Below are positions 30,081 to 40,517 of a DNA stretch of 64,000 nucleotides, one piece after another. The notes beneath the pieces are model-generated. The model searched no databases. It saw nothing but the letters and a program-made list of their open reading frames with translations, and was not told where the DNA came from. Source of the DNA: Comamonadaceae bacterium (GTDB taxonomy: Bacteria; Pseudomonadota; Gammaproteobacteria; Burkholderiales; Burkholderiaceae_C). Each line of letters opens with the position of its first letter. The first letter of the stretch is position 1. A program made the translations under genes and the position numbers. The stretch spans positions 11,179 through 75,178 of the forward strand of contig JANXRP010000134.1 of the NCBI GenBank assembly GCA_025352965.1. Reading direction: 5' to 3'.

Positions 30081-30098
30081 AGCAACCCATCTCAAAAA

Positions 30099-31103
30099 TC
30101 ATTTAGACGCCATAGCCTGCTTGGCTTGCGCAAGTAATGCCTCAATCATCAAGCCCGCGTTTAAGGTGTGTTCAGACGACCTAGCCTGCACATTTAAAGC
30201 CTTAGACCAAGTGGTCAGTTTATAGAGCGATGCTGCATTTGGATTGCTCGCCATCGCATCAAAAAATTTTGGCTCTGCGCCTTGACTTACGCAAATAGCA
30301 TCGTGGCAGAGTTTTTGCAAAGCGCCCACCAGTGCAGCAGGTGTTTCCGTCAAGGCGGTGGGTAGCTCTGATGGCAACGCACCCTTGGCAATCAGTTTGG
30401 GAAAGTCCTGCCAAGCTGATGTTTTCGTCATGGCCCGACTCATCGCCAATGCCGTTTGCGGCTGCCCGCCTGCGGCTTTGAGCCACACACTTGCATCCGT
30501 CAAAGTCACGCCCTCAGAGGCTAGCCAAGCCACAGCCAGCTTAGTCTCGGGTGGTGTCAATACGAAACTTTGGCAGCGACTTCGAATAGTAGGCAAGAGT
30601 GCCGCACTGTCTTCAGTTGCCAATACAAACCGCGTATGACCAGCAGGCTCCTCCAGCGATTTGAGAAGCGCATTGGCAGCGATGTGGTTCATGGCCTCAG
30701 CGGGATAAATCACCACAACGAGACCTTTGCCTCGGCTACTGGTACGCTGAACAAAGCTAATCAAATCTTGTACAGCTTCCAGTTTGATTTGCTTGCTGGG
30801 TTTGCGTTTTTTATCGTCCAACTCGCTTTGTGTTTTTTCATCTAACGGAAAGCCCAACTCTAGCGATAACGTCTCAGGCAAAAGAACGGAAAGATCAGGG
30901 TGCGACTTAGCACGCACCATGTGACAGCCATCGCATTGCCCGCAGGCCTTGTAGAGCTTGGCTTCACACAAAGCGCTTGCAGCCATTGCCATCGCAAGCT
31001 CAAACTGACCAAGGCCTGCCGTGCCTGTGACTAGCCATGCGTGACCGCGCTGCGCAGTCAAGCGCGCTAGGTCGGCTTCTAGCCACGGTGCGAGGTCTTT
31101 CAC
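30099..31103 (-). CDS. holB: DNA polymerase III delta-prime subunit
   Basis: 334 aa. AAA+-like N-domain, zinc module CGQCDGCHM and SRC motif (IRSRCQSF). Overlaps the tmk stop by 4 nt. Confidence 0.8.
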   Translation of the reverse strand: MKDLAPWLEADLARLTAQRGHAWLVTGTAGLGQFELAMAMAASALCEAKLYKACGQCDGCHMVRAKSHPDLSVLLPETLSLELGFPLDEKTQSELDDKKRKPSKQIKLEAVQDLISFVQRTSSRGKGLVVVIYPAEAMNHIAANALLKSLEEPAGHTRFVLATEDSAALLPTIRSRCQSFVLTPPETKLAVAWLASEGVTLTDASVWLKAAGGQPQTALAMSRAMTKTSAWQDFPKLIAKGALPSELPTALTETPAALVGALQKLCHDAICVSQGAEPKFFDAMASNPNAASLYKLTTWSKALNVQARSSEHTLNAGLMIEALLAQAKQAMASK

Positions 31104-31726
31104 AAATAACCTCTTGCTTTGGCAACTGCAATCACATCCGCAAACACCTGCTCGATGCTTTGATTGGCTTCGATTCGCGCAAAGCGCTTCGGGTCAGCCT
31201 CTGCACGCGCTGCATAACCGCTGCGCACGGCCTCAAAAAATGCCACAGGCTGAGACTCAAACTTATCAGGCACTCGTGCTTGGCTCAAGCGCTCGGCGGC
31301 AAGCGCAGGCGCAAGATCAAACCAATAGGTCAAATCGGGTTGCAATCCAAGCTGAACCCACGACTCTAAAGTGGTCAAGGTCTGCAAGTCAAAACTGCGC
31401 CCCGCGCCTTGGTAGGCAAAGGTGGCGTCAGTAAAGCGATCGCACAGCACGACTTCGCCACGTGCCAGCGCAGGACGAATCACGCACGCCACATGATCAC
31501 GCCTTGCAGCAAAGACCAAAAGCGATTCAGTCAGCACGTCCATCGCATCGTTCAAAATCAAGGTGCGCAGTTTTTCGGCGAGCACCGTCCCACCTGGCTC
31601 GCGGGTCAATGTGACCTTGCAGCCCTTTGCGGATAAGGCTTCGGAAAGACCCGTGATATGCGTGGACTTGCCCGCGCCATCAATACCTTCAAAACTAATG
31701 AAGAGTCCACTGGTCTGCACGTTCAT
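31100..31726 (-). CDS. tmk: Thymidylate kinase
   Basis: 208 aa. P-loop [14 protein letters not shown], a DRF motif, and lid region. Confidence 0.9.
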   Translation of the reverse strand: MNVQTSGLFISFEGIDGAGKSTHITGLSEALSAKGCKVTLTREPGGTVLAEKLRTLILNDAMDVLTESLLVFAARRDHVACVIRPALARGEVVLCDRFTDATFAYQGAGRSFDLQTLTTLESWVQLGLQPDLTYWFDLAPALAAERLSQARVPDKFESQPVAFFEAVRSGYAARAEADPKRFARIEANQSIEQVFADVIAVAKARGYL

Positions 31727-32760
31727 TTCCTCCCCAAAATAAAGCGATTCACCGCTGCATTGTGCGCGGTCAACGTGCTACTAAATTCGCTACTACCATC
31801 GCCCCGCGCCACGAAGTACAAGGCTTTGGTCGGCTTAGGATTGGCTGCTGCGTCTAACGCGGCTTTGCCAACCAGCGCAATAGGACCTGGTGGCAAACCC
31901 AGGCGGGTGTAGGTGTTGTAAGGCGTATCACGCGTGAGATCCGTGCGACGAATGTTTTTGCGCTGCGCCAAAAAGCGCTCACCCATGCCGTAAATAACCG
32001 TTGGGTCGGTTTGCAGCAGCATCCCAATGTTTAACCGATTAACAAACACGCCAGCAATCTCGGCGCGGTCGGTGGGCTTGCCCGTTTCCTTTTCAACGAT
32101 GCTGGCAAGCACAAGCAATTCGTCTGCGGTTTTAAGTGGTGTCGGCTGCAAACGACTATCCCATGCGGCTTGCAGGCGTTTATCCAGAGTCGCAGCAGCC
32201 TGCTTGTAAATGACATAGTCACTGGCGTTCTTAGCGTAAGCATAGGTATCTGGGAAGAAACGCCCCTCTGGCAACATCCCGCTTTTGCCAAGCGTCGTCA
32301 TCAGCTCCGCATCACTCAAATTTGCAGTTGTGTGCTTGAGAGAAGGCGCCGCATTGATGGCTACGCGCATTTGCGAAAACGTCCAGCCCTCAGGAATCAC
32401 CAGTGAAAGCATGATCTCATCGCCCGACACCATCTTGTGCAACATGCCATAGGGTGTGAGGTTGGATTCAATCGCATACGTGCCCGCCCGAATCGGCTTG
32501 CTGCGTCCGTATGCAAAGCTGGCAGCGCGAAACCACACGGCAAGCAGCGTTTGATTAGCACCTGTGGCTTTGGCGACACTAGTAGCTGCGCCTTTACTAG
32601 AGCTGCCCGCATCGATGGTGACCTCGGTGCCAGCACCGCCATCCGATGGCAGCAAGGGCATATTCAGCCACCAAAGCGCACAGCCTAATAGCAATGCAAC
32701 AGGAGCGATGATGAGTAAAAACAATCGGCGAATCATGGAGGGTGATGATAATGGAGGCAT
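31723..32760 (-). CDS. mltG: Endolytic murein transglycosylase MltG (YceG family)
   Basis: 345 aa. N-terminal TM anchor and a YceG domain ([14 protein letters not shown]). The start is ambiguous; an alternative ATG at 32736 gives [10 protein letters not shown]. Confidence 0.85.
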   Translation of the reverse strand: MPPLSSPSMIRRLFLLIIAPVALLLGCALWWLNMPLLPSDGGAGTEVTIDAGSSSKGAATSVAKATGANQTLLAVWFRAASFAYGRSKPIRAGTYAIESNLTPYGMLHKMVSGDEIMLSLVIPEGWTFSQMRVAINAAPSLKHTTANLSDAELMTTLGKSGMLPEGRFFPDTYAYAKNASDYVIYKQAAATLDKRLQAAWDSRLQPTPLKTADELLVLASIVEKETGKPTDRAEIAGVFVNRLNIGMLLQTDPTVIYGMGERFLAQRKNIRRTDLTRDTPYNTYTRLGLPPGPIALVGKAALDAAANPKPTKALYFVARGDGSSEFSSTLTAHNAAVNRFILGRK

Positions 32761-33535
32761 GGAAACTTCGACCGACAGATTTAATCATCTCGCAATGGAT
32801 AGCGAAGATCACCTTGCGGTGATTCGTGCTACGGGTGCGGATGCTGCTTCGTTTTTGCAAGGTCAGCTCAGTAACGACTTTGTGCTTTTAAAGCCAAACC
32901 AGTGGCAGCTCGCCGCGTATTGCAGCCCCAAAGGACGGATGCTGGCCAGTTTTTGGGGTATCAAGCTTGCCAGTACGCCTGATTCACAAGACATTTGCCT
33001 CGTGCTCTCCCAAGACATCGCAGCGACGACCCTCAAACGCCTCTCCATGTTTGTGATGCGCGCCAAACTGACGCTTACCACTGCGGACGACATGCTGCCC
33101 GAGCTCTTTAGCGTGCACGGCCTAGCCGCATGGTCTGAACACGAGGTAGCGCGCGGCGTTGCACGTATCACCGCGCCGCTGGTCGATTTATTTGTGCCGC
33201 AAATGTTGAATTACGAATCCATTGGCGGCGTGAGCTTCAAAAAGGGCTGCTATCCAGGGCAAGAAATCGTGGCTAGAAGCCAGTTTAGAGGTGCAATTAA
33301 ACGCAGGACATACCTAACTAGGATAGAAGACGGGCAAGCCACGTCCCATGTGGGCTACGAGGTGTTCGCTGCTGACAATGATGAATCAGTTGGTATGGTT
33401 GTGCAAACGGACGGCGATCAAGCTTTGATTTGCATTCAAACTAGCAGCGCAGGCGCGGATTTACGGCTTGGATCAAAAGATGGCGCAAGGCTCAAGATGC
33501 TGGATTTGCCGTATCCGCTTTTAGAAGATATTTAA
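32759..33535 (+). CDS. ygfZ: Folate-binding Fe-S cluster repair protein YgfZ family
   Basis: Signature KGCYPGQE (FKKGCYPGQEIVAR) and N-terminal FLQGQLSND. The start is uncertain: 32735, 32759 or 32796 are all in frame. The track start at 32564 would lie deep inside mltG. Confidence 0.65.
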   Translation: METSTDRFNHLAMDSEDHLAVIRATGADAASFLQGQLSNDFVLLKPNQWQLAAYCSPKGRMLASFWGIKLASTPDSQDICLVLSQDIAATTLKRLSMFVMRAKLTLTTADDMLPELFSVHGLAAWSEHEVARGVARITAPLVDLFVPQMLNYESIGGVSFKKGCYPGQEIVARSQFRGAIKRRTYLTRIEDGQATSHVGYEVFAADNDESVGMVVQTDGDQALICIQTSSAGADLRLGSKDGARLKMLDLPYPLLEDI

Positions 33536-34392
33536 ACCAACCGCTTGCGCATCTCAATATGCGCAATGCCTGCTTCCTCAAAAATCTCGCCGTGCGGCGC
33601 AAAACCAAACTTAGCGTAAAAATCTTGCGCACTAGTCTGCGCGTGCAGCACAGCTTCTAAATCTCCCCTGCTGGAAGCCTTATCCAGTAAGGCCTGCAGC
33701 ACGATTTCACCAAGACCGCTACCGCGCAGCACGCGCTTGACGGCCATACGTCCGATGCGTGACACCCCATTTTCGGCAGGCAACAAGCGCCCCGTCGCCA
33801 TGGGTTGTTCCAAGCGGTTGAAGACGACAGCGTGTTCGCTTTTGGCATCCCATTCGTCATGTTCAAGCGCCAATGGCACGCCCTGCTCTTCTACAAAAAC
33901 CTCGGTACGAAGCGCCATCGCGCTATTGCCAAGAGCGTTCCAATCGTCAACTTCAAGGCGCGTCATCGGTTTGCCCGCTTCAAAATCAAGGAGCCAGTTG
34001 CGCAAAACATCGGGCACGCTTTGTGATTTCTGCGTGGCAGGATTGGCATAAACATAAACCAATTCGCCCGTGACCAAGAGCTTGCCATCGCAAAAGATAG
34101 CGCCTGTAAACGTCATGGACGAATTGCCAATGCGTGAAAGCTTCAAGCACACACGAAGGCGATCTTCGTACCGCGCTGAAGCTTTGTATTCGACAACGGC
34201 CTTGGCTACGTACAAATCTCCGCCGAGCTGATGCATGGATACCTCGTAAGGCATCGCCAGGGCACGCCAGTATTGGGCTACCGCAGTATCAAAGTACATC
34301 AAATAATGACCATTGAAAACAATTTTTTGCATATCCACCTCGACCCAGCGAACGCGAAGCGTGTGGGAAAAGCGAAAATCTGAGAGAGTCAT
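33532..34392 (-). CDS. Fusion protein: N-terminal 4HBT/YbgC-like acyl-CoA thioesterase + C-terminal GNAT acetyltransferase
   Basis: 286 aa. The N-terminal half has a hotdog pattern (VRWVEVDMQKIVFNGHY). The C-terminal half has GNAT motif A (VKRVLRGSGLGEIVLQ). Confidence 0.7.
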   Translation of the reverse strand: MTLSDFRFSHTLRVRWVEVDMQKIVFNGHYLMYFDTAVAQYWRALAMPYEVSMHQLGGDLYVAKAVVEYKASARYEDRLRVCLKLSRIGNSSMTFTGAIFCDGKLLVTGELVYVYANPATQKSQSVPDVLRNWLLDFEAGKPMTRLEVDDWNALGNSAMALRTEVFVEEQGVPLALEHDEWDAKSEHAVVFNRLEQPMATGRLLPAENGVSRIGRMAVKRVLRGSGLGEIVLQALLDKASSRGDLEAVLHAQTSAQDFYAKFGFAPHGEIFEEAGIAHIEMRKRLV

Positions 34393-34446
34393 AGGGGATT
34401 TCCTAGAATAGGATGATTATTTGTTGTATCAGGGGAGTTTATCCAG

Positions 34447-35601
34447 ATGGCTTTTATCAATTACGTCACGCAAATTCAATTCGACTTTGGCGCGATTAGC
34501 TTGCTCAAGTCCGAATGCCAGCGCGTCGGCATCACCAAACCACTCATCGTGACCGACGCGGGGGTCAAAGCAGCTGGGATTTTGCAAAAAGCACTCGATC
34601 AACTTGGCGGTATGGCGATCGAAGTCTTCGATCAAACGCCGTCCAACCCGACCGAAGCGGCTGTGATGGCGGCTGCCCAGCAGTATCAAAAGAGCGGCTG
34701 TGACGGCCTCATTGCCGTGGGCGGCGGCTCTGCCATTGACTGTGCTAAAGGCGTGGCGATTGCAGCGACACATACAAAATGTGAGCTCGGGTCGCTCAAA
34801 ACTTTTGCCACGATTGAAGGCGGCTCTGGGCTCATTACCGACCGCGTCGCACCCTTAATTGCCATTCCCACGACTAGCGGCACGGGATCTGAAGTGGCCA
34901 GGGGCGCCATCATCATTGTGGCTGATGGCAGGAAGTTAGGATTTCATTCGTGGTTTTTAGTGCCCAAAACTGCCATTTGCGATCCCGATCTCACTCTGGG
35001 CTTACCACCAAAACTCACGGCCGCCACGGGCATGGATGCCGTCGCACACTGTATGGAGACCTTTATGGCGCCGCTGTTCAATCCACCCGCAGACGGCATT
35101 GCACTGGACGGTCTTGCGCGCGCTTGGGCGCACATTGAACGTGCCACACAAAACGGCTCAGACCGTGAGGCGCGCAGGCAACTCATGAGCGCGTCCATGC
35201 AAGGCGCAATGGCCTTCCAAAAAGGACTCGGCTGCGTGCATTCGCTTAGCCACAGCTTGGGCGGCGTTAATCCCATGCTGCATCACGGCACGCTCAACGC
35301 CATGTTTTTGCCTGCCGTGGTGGCGTTCAACGCGCAGGCGGAATCGATTCAAACCGAGCACCGACTAGACCGCATGGCTTATGCCATGGGGCTTGGCGAG
35401 GGACGAGGGGACGATATTCCAATCGCCATTAAAGACATGAACATGAGGCTTGGACTTCCTTCAGGGCTTGCGGCTATGGGCGTGACCAGCCAGCAGTTTG
35501 GTAACATCATCAATGGCGCGCTTGCAGATCACTGCCATAAGACCAACCCTGTGATTGCTAGCGCTAGTCAATATATCGAAATGCTAACCCTTTCAATGTA
35601 A
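34447..35601 (+). CDS. Iron-containing (group III) alcohol dehydrogenase
   Basis: 384 aa. Contains GGGSAIDCAKG and metal-binding His motifs (AVAHCMET, HSLSHSLGG). Confidence 0.85.
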   Translation: MAFINYVTQIQFDFGAISLLKSECQRVGITKPLIVTDAGVKAAGILQKALDQLGGMAIEVFDQTPSNPTEAAVMAAAQQYQKSGCDGLIAVGGGSAIDCAKGVAIAATHTKCELGSLKTFATIEGGSGLITDRVAPLIAIPTTSGTGSEVARGAIIIVADGRKLGFHSWFLVPKTAICDPDLTLGLPPKLTAATGMDAVAHCMETFMAPLFNPPADGIALDGLARAWAHIERATQNGSDREARRQLMSASMQGAMAFQKGLGCVHSLSHSLGGVNPMLHHGTLNAMFLPAVVAFNAQAESIQTEHRLDRMAYAMGLGEGRGDDIPIAIKDMNMRLGLPSGLAAMGVTSQQFGNIINGALADHCHKTNPVIASASQYIEMLTLSM

Positions 35602-35648
35602 ACTTAAGCCTTATTTTTATCGATACCTCATCCGTCCAACATTAGATT

Positions 35649-37487
35649 ATGGAATTCAATTTAGAACGCTTCGAGCATGCAGTTAATACACGTCAATATG
35701 AAGCGTCGGGACGCGAATTGATGCAGCTCTTGCAGATGTTAGATAACCACTATGGCAACTTAGCACCCAGCTTTTCAGCGAAGCCCATGGCCGCATTGGC
35801 TAATGGGGATGATGTTGATGCGCACATTTTGACTCGCATCGCCTCGGCAATCTCCCACCTATTTTTGGATCCAGGGTTCACACTTTCGCCACAAGGCTAT
35901 GCACAAGCATTGCAACTACAGCGATGGCTGGGCACACTATTTGCCGTGACGCCCTTTCGAAATGCCGATCACGTGATTCGAGCCTTGAATAACCTTGGCT
36001 GGGACAAGGATGAGCTACAGCTAACCCCAGACAACTTAAATAAATTTGCCTTACTGGCTTTCCCTGAATCCGAGATTCCTATCAATTTGGATGGGCTTTG
36101 GGCTGCCAACCCGGCCTTGGCGGTCAGTTTGTGCATGCTATGGATGGCGCCAAGATTTTTGGCCTCGCCGTCTGCACATGCCAAGCGTGAACTTGTATTG
36201 GGCTGGCTACCAGAAAAATTACAACAGATGGATTTGGATCAACTTCCGTCTGGCATCATGCACGATGTCTACATGCATTGCAGCTATGCGGATCGACCCG
36301 ATCGTCATCGCATCAAAGGTGCGATCAACGTTATCGTGCGCAACAAAATGCTGCAAAACGGGTTATCGGATGCACCACCACTAAACCCTTTGCCCAAAGG
36401 TGAAAAACCAACCATGTTGGTCGTACTCGAATGGTTCAATGGATCCCACTCGATTTACCGCACGCACTCGACCACCATGCGTGCTGCGCGCCGCCACTTT
36501 CATGTTGTCGCGATGGGCTATCCTAGCAACGTAGACGACTTAGGGCGTGCCGTATTTGATGAATTTATTGAAATCAAAGGTGGCTCGATGATCGAGCAAA
36601 TGGCACATATCCGTGATACGGCTATTGCCAAGCAAGCACGACTTTTCTATATGCCAAGTGTGGGGATGTTTCCGCTCACCATGTTCGCCTGTAATTTGCG
36701 CTTCGCTCCGCTACAAGTGATGGCGCTCGGCCATCCTGCTACCACGCATTCACCGCACATGGACTACGTTGTGGTCGAAGACGACTACGTCGGCCTTGAG
36801 AGCTGCTTCTCGGAGAAGCTACTACGTCTGCCCAAAGATGCGCTGCCCTATGTGCCCTCTGCCGCAATGCCAGAAAACTTAGTTCCCAATCTGCGTGACA
36901 ACGACGGCAAAAATCCAGACATAGTCAAGATTGCGATTTGCTCCACCACGATGAAGCTCAACCCGCGTTTTTTGCAAACGTGCAAAGCGATTGTGGACAC
37001 AGCCAAAACACCTGTGCTTTTCGAGTTTATGGTTGGACAGGCAACCAGTTTGATACATCCGCAAGTTAGCCGCGTGATTAAGCAATTCTTAGGGGATAAC
37101 GCGCATGTCAATCGCCATCTGGGTTATCCAGAGTACATGGCCAAAATCAATGAATGCGATATGTTCATCAATCCATTCCCTTTTGGTAATACCAATGGCA
37201 TTATTGACACCTTGACTTTAGGTCAAGTCGGCGTGTGCCTCAACGGTACAGAAGTATTCGAGTGCATTGACCGCGGCTTGTTTGGTCGTCTTGGCGTGCC
37301 CAGCTGGATGGCCACTAATTCCATCGAAGAGTACATCGCCGCAGCGGTACGCTTGATTGACAACCCAAAAGAGCGTCTCAAATTACGCCGCGAAATGATT
37401 GCTAAAAATGGTGTGCAAATTTTGTTCACAGGACGTCCCGAGATTTTTGGCGACCGGTTGATTGAACTGGTACACAAAGTGGCCTAA
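35649..37487 (+). CDS. HMW1C/ApNGT-like cytoplasmic N-glycosyltransferase (GT41, no TPRs)
   Basis: 612 aa. All-alpha N-domain plus GT-B. The motif strings HDVYMHCSY, HSIYRTHSTTM, LGHPATTHSPHMDYVVVEDDYVG, LLRLPKDALPYVPS, STTMKLNP and NPFPFGNTNGIIDTLTLG match my recollection of the H. influenzae HMW1C / A. pleuropneumoniae NGT family. They also parallel the OGT motifs GYPGT..MDY and NGHTTGMD. Confidence 0.75.
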   Translation: MEFNLERFEHAVNTRQYEASGRELMQLLQMLDNHYGNLAPSFSAKPMAALANGDDVDAHILTRIASAISHLFLDPGFTLSPQGYAQALQLQRWLGTLFAVTPFRNADHVIRALNNLGWDKDELQLTPDNLNKFALLAFPESEIPINLDGLWAANPALAVSLCMLWMAPRFLASPSAHAKRELVLGWLPEKLQQMDLDQLPSGIMHDVYMHCSYADRPDRHRIKGAINVIVRNKMLQNGLSDAPPLNPLPKGEKPTMLVVLEWFNGSHSIYRTHSTTMRAARRHFHVVAMGYPSNVDDLGRAVFDEFIEIKGGSMIEQMAHIRDTAIAKQARLFYMPSVGMFPLTMFACNLRFAPLQVMALGHPATTHSPHMDYVVVEDDYVGLESCFSEKLLRLPKDALPYVPSAAMPENLVPNLRDNDGKNPDIVKIAICSTTMKLNPRFLQTCKAIVDTAKTPVLFEFMVGQATSLIHPQVSRVIKQFLGDNAHVNRHLGYPEYMAKINECDMFINPFPFGNTNGIIDTLTLGQVGVCLNGTEVFECIDRGLFGRLGVPSWMATNSIEEYIAAAVRLIDNPKERLKLRREMIAKNGVQILFTGRPEIFGDRLIELVHKVA

Positions 37488-37506
37488 CTCATAGAACCTA
37501 AATAGC

Positions 37507-38745
37507 ATGCGACTTATTTATTGCGACACTGCACTGGCCGATTTAAATGGACACTACTATTCAGAGTGTCTGATGACAGTCAATGCGTTTGCAAATGCAG
37601 GTATTTTTTCGCATATTTTTGGTCATGTCGCGGCTAAAGATGTTAATTTAGCGCCACTGAACGTCGCACCTCATTTTCGAACGCAGAAGTGGGAATGGCT
37701 TGGTTTTTCTAACGACTTTTTATGCGGCCCCATAGAGTCACTACTCATTTCAGCCCATATCACCGCAGAAGACTTGGGGCGAATTGAAGGCTGGACAAAC
37801 ACTGACATCTTGTGCTGGAATCACATTACGCCTTCGGACTTATTTGCCTTAGGACTGTGGGGTAAAAATTTGCCCATAGACCAGACACCGCATTTTCTAT
37901 TGCACGTAGGTATACAGCCAGGTATCTACCCTATTGTTGAAGATGGCGAGCTATCGGGTCGCTTCGAAATTCTTGATCGCACCTCTGCTGAGCAATTCAG
38001 ACTAGCGGCTAAGCGTCTGCCGCAGCACATAAAAGATCGGGTTAAATTTATTGCATACGACGAATTAGCGGCCAAAAGTTACCAAGAAGTCTTGTTGCAA
38101 CCGGTGCATGTTGTGCCATTTTGCTCGTATGAAAATGCTAATCCTATTCAACGAAGCTCGTCAAAAATTACTGTCTCATACCTAGGCGTCCCCAGAGAGC
38201 CCAAAGGCTTTGGCACGGCCCCTTATGTTATTGAGCAACTCTTAACACAGACGCCTGAACATGTGAACTTTATGGTTCAGTTAGGTGGGGATTGGAAAAT
38301 TGGGGGAGACAGATCAAAAGATGAGCAGCAAATGATGCGTGATCTTGCAAGCAAAAATCCACGCGTCAAGGTTGTCCAAGGACCGCTTACCGAAACCGAG
38401 TGGCAAGGCATGTTAGACAACACCGACTTGCTGCTCCTTCCCTACCATCAGCAATCTTATGCCAGTCAAACTTCTGGCCCCTGCATGGAGGCGCTAGCGA
38501 ATGGCATTGTGCAGGTTGCAACCAATAAAACAACCATGGAGTTTGCACTTAAACGGCATGGTATGCCAGGTGTGTTGATTGACGAACCCACGGTTGAGGA
38601 AACGGTTCGTGGCGCGTTATCCGCCATTGCAAATTATGATGCGCTGGCCGTAAAGGCTTATGCTGCAAGCCAGCAATGGAGAAGTTTTCATAACCGTGAG
38701 AATTTTGCTGCACATGTTTTTAGACTATTGCAAGCTAACGTTTGA
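37507..38745 (+). CDS. Soluble GT-B fold glycosyltransferase (GT4-like)
   Basis: 412 aa with no TM segments. C-terminal Rossmann half with LLLLPYHQQSYASQTSGPCMEALANGIVQV resembles the GT4 E-x7-E region. Starts 19 nt after the NGT gene. Confidence 0.55.
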   Translation: MRLIYCDTALADLNGHYYSECLMTVNAFANAGIFSHIFGHVAAKDVNLAPLNVAPHFRTQKWEWLGFSNDFLCGPIESLLISAHITAEDLGRIEGWTNTDILCWNHITPSDLFALGLWGKNLPIDQTPHFLLHVGIQPGIYPIVEDGELSGRFEILDRTSAEQFRLAAKRLPQHIKDRVKFIAYDELAAKSYQEVLLQPVHVVPFCSYENANPIQRSSSKITVSYLGVPREPKGFGTAPYVIEQLLTQTPEHVNFMVQLGGDWKIGGDRSKDEQQMMRDLASKNPRVKVVQGPLTETEWQGMLDNTDLLLLPYHQQSYASQTSGPCMEALANGIVQVATNKTTMEFALKRHGMPGVLIDEPTVEETVRGALSAIANYDALAVKAYAASQQWRSFHNRENFAAHVFRLLQANV

Positions 38746-38797
38746 GTTAAAGAAATTGAATGCAACCAATCAGAACACAAGGACGAAAGGATAGGAT

Positions 38798-39526
38798 TTG
38801 AACCAAGTCAATAAACCGATTGTCACCCAAATTGAGGAGGCAGTTCAAAACATTCCCGGATGGTGCCCCATTGACCAACTGTTGTTGTTATTTACCCTCG
38901 CCCATACCAGTGCCGATCTAGACGGTGATATTCTTGAACTTGGATCGTGGTGCGGACGCTCAGCCGTGGCTATGGGAATGGCGATCCAGTTATCAGGAAA
39001 CTCAAAGCTCCACTGTGTTGATTTGTTTCCTAAAAAAGAAGACTGGCACAAAACTCCTGATGGTGACTATTCTCTTTCGGTCAATATTGATGATCGTAAT
39101 GTCGTGGCATACGCCCACGGTGGACAAACTGTTTGGGCGGAAGCCTTCGAGCGAGATATTGCTCCTGTTTACGAAAAATTTCCAGGCACCCTTGAGGCTT
39201 TCAATACTTTCGTTGCAGAAAATGGATTGTCAGAACAACTCATTCCTTTTAAGGGCGACTTACAAAGTTTTATCAAAAATGCGTCTTCCGGCTTGAAGCT
39301 TCGTATGGCATTTATTGATGGTGATCACAACTATCATGCGGTTGCAAAAGACATTGAAATTATTGAACGGTTTTTGGTGCCTGGCGCTTGGGTTTGTTTT
39401 GATGATGCCTTTTCGAATTATCCAGGAGTTAATAAAGCCATTGAACTACACATCATTCATAGTGGGAAATATAGTCAATTTCAACAAATGACACGGAAAT
39501 TTTTTATTGCGCGGTATATAGGGTAA
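38798..39526 (+). CDS. Class I SAM-dependent methyltransferase (Methyltransf_24/CmcI-like)
   Basis: 242 aa. Motif I GDILELGSWCGRSAV and FIDGDHNYHAV. The only plausible start is TTG at 38798. Confidence 0.6.
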   Translation: MNQVNKPIVTQIEEAVQNIPGWCPIDQLLLLFTLAHTSADLDGDILELGSWCGRSAVAMGMAIQLSGNSKLHCVDLFPKKEDWHKTPDGDYSLSVNIDDRNVVAYAHGGQTVWAEAFERDIAPVYEKFPGTLEAFNTFVAENGLSEQLIPFKGDLQSFIKNASSGLKLRMAFIDGDHNYHAVAKDIEIIERFLVPGAWVCFDDAFSNYPGVNKAIELHIIHSGKYSQFQQMTRKFFIARYIG

Positions 39527-39563
39527 TTGTGATTAGGCTCTGAATTTATAATTAACCATTAAT

Positions 39564-40514
39564 ATGAAAATACTTGTTACAGGTGCCTGTGGGTATAAAG
39601 GGCATGTTCTCGTTCCTAAGCTACTAATCAAAGGCTATAAAGTAATTGCCTTTGATCTACAATGGTTTGGGAATTTCTTAGATCCACATCCAAATTTGAC
39701 CATTATAAAAGGTGATGTTCGTGAGATAAATACTATTCCCTTAGATGGTGTGGATTGCATTATTCATCTGTCATCAATCGCAAATGATCCTTGTGGCGAT
39801 TTAGATCCCAAGTTGACTTGGGAAGTTAGCGCACTAGCGACGATGCAACTAGCTGACAAAGCGAAAAGAGCAGGTGTTAAACGTTTTATATATGCATCCT
39901 CAGGTAGTGTTTATGGAATCAAAGATGAATTGCAAGTAACTGAAGATTTAGAATTAACCCCTATCTCAGAATACAATAAAACAAAAATGGTCGCTGAGCG
40001 AGTTTTATTGAGCTACGACAATGATATGACAGTACAGATAGTGCGTCCTGCTACTGTCTGCGGCTATTCACCACGTATGCGTTTGGATGTTTCTGTTAAT
40101 TTATTAACCATGCAAGCCATTACAAATAAGAAAATTACAGTCTTTGGTGGCGATCAAGTGCGACCAAATATTCATATTGAAGACATAACAGATTTATATA
40201 TTTTTTTAATTGAGCATCCGGAATTAAAAGGTATCTACAATGCTGGCTTTGAAAATATTTCCATACTAGATATTGCAAAACTAGTGACTAAATTTATTGA
40301 TGCAGAAATAATCTTAACCCCATCTAATGATCCTCGATCTTATCGAATCAATTCTGATAAATTACTAGCCACTGGATTTAAACCTCAAAAAACAGTTTTA
40401 AATGCTATAGAAGAAATAATTGAAAAATACAATCAAGGAAAATTAAAAAATGAAGATAAATTTCATAATTTAATTTGGATGCAAAAAACTATATTAAATA
40501 AAATAACACACTAA
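39564..40514 (+). CDS. NAD-dependent sugar-nucleotide epimerase/dehydratase (extended SDR)
   Basis: 316 aa. Contains VTGACGYKGHV (GxxGxxG) and the catalytic YNKTK. Confidence 0.8.
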   Translation: MKILVTGACGYKGHVLVPKLLIKGYKVIAFDLQWFGNFLDPHPNLTIIKGDVREINTIPLDGVDCIIHLSSIANDPCGDLDPKLTWEVSALATMQLADKAKRAGVKRFIYASSGSVYGIKDELQVTEDLELTPISEYNKTKMVAERVLLSYDNDMTVQIVRPATVCGYSPRMRLDVSVNLLTMQAITNKKITVFGGDQVRPNIHIEDITDLYIFLIEHPELKGIYNAGFENISILDIAKLVTKFIDAEIILTPSNDPRSYRINSDKLLATGFKPQKTVLNAIEEIIEKYNQGKLKNEDKFHNLIWMQKTILNKITH

Positions 40515-40517
40515 CAT

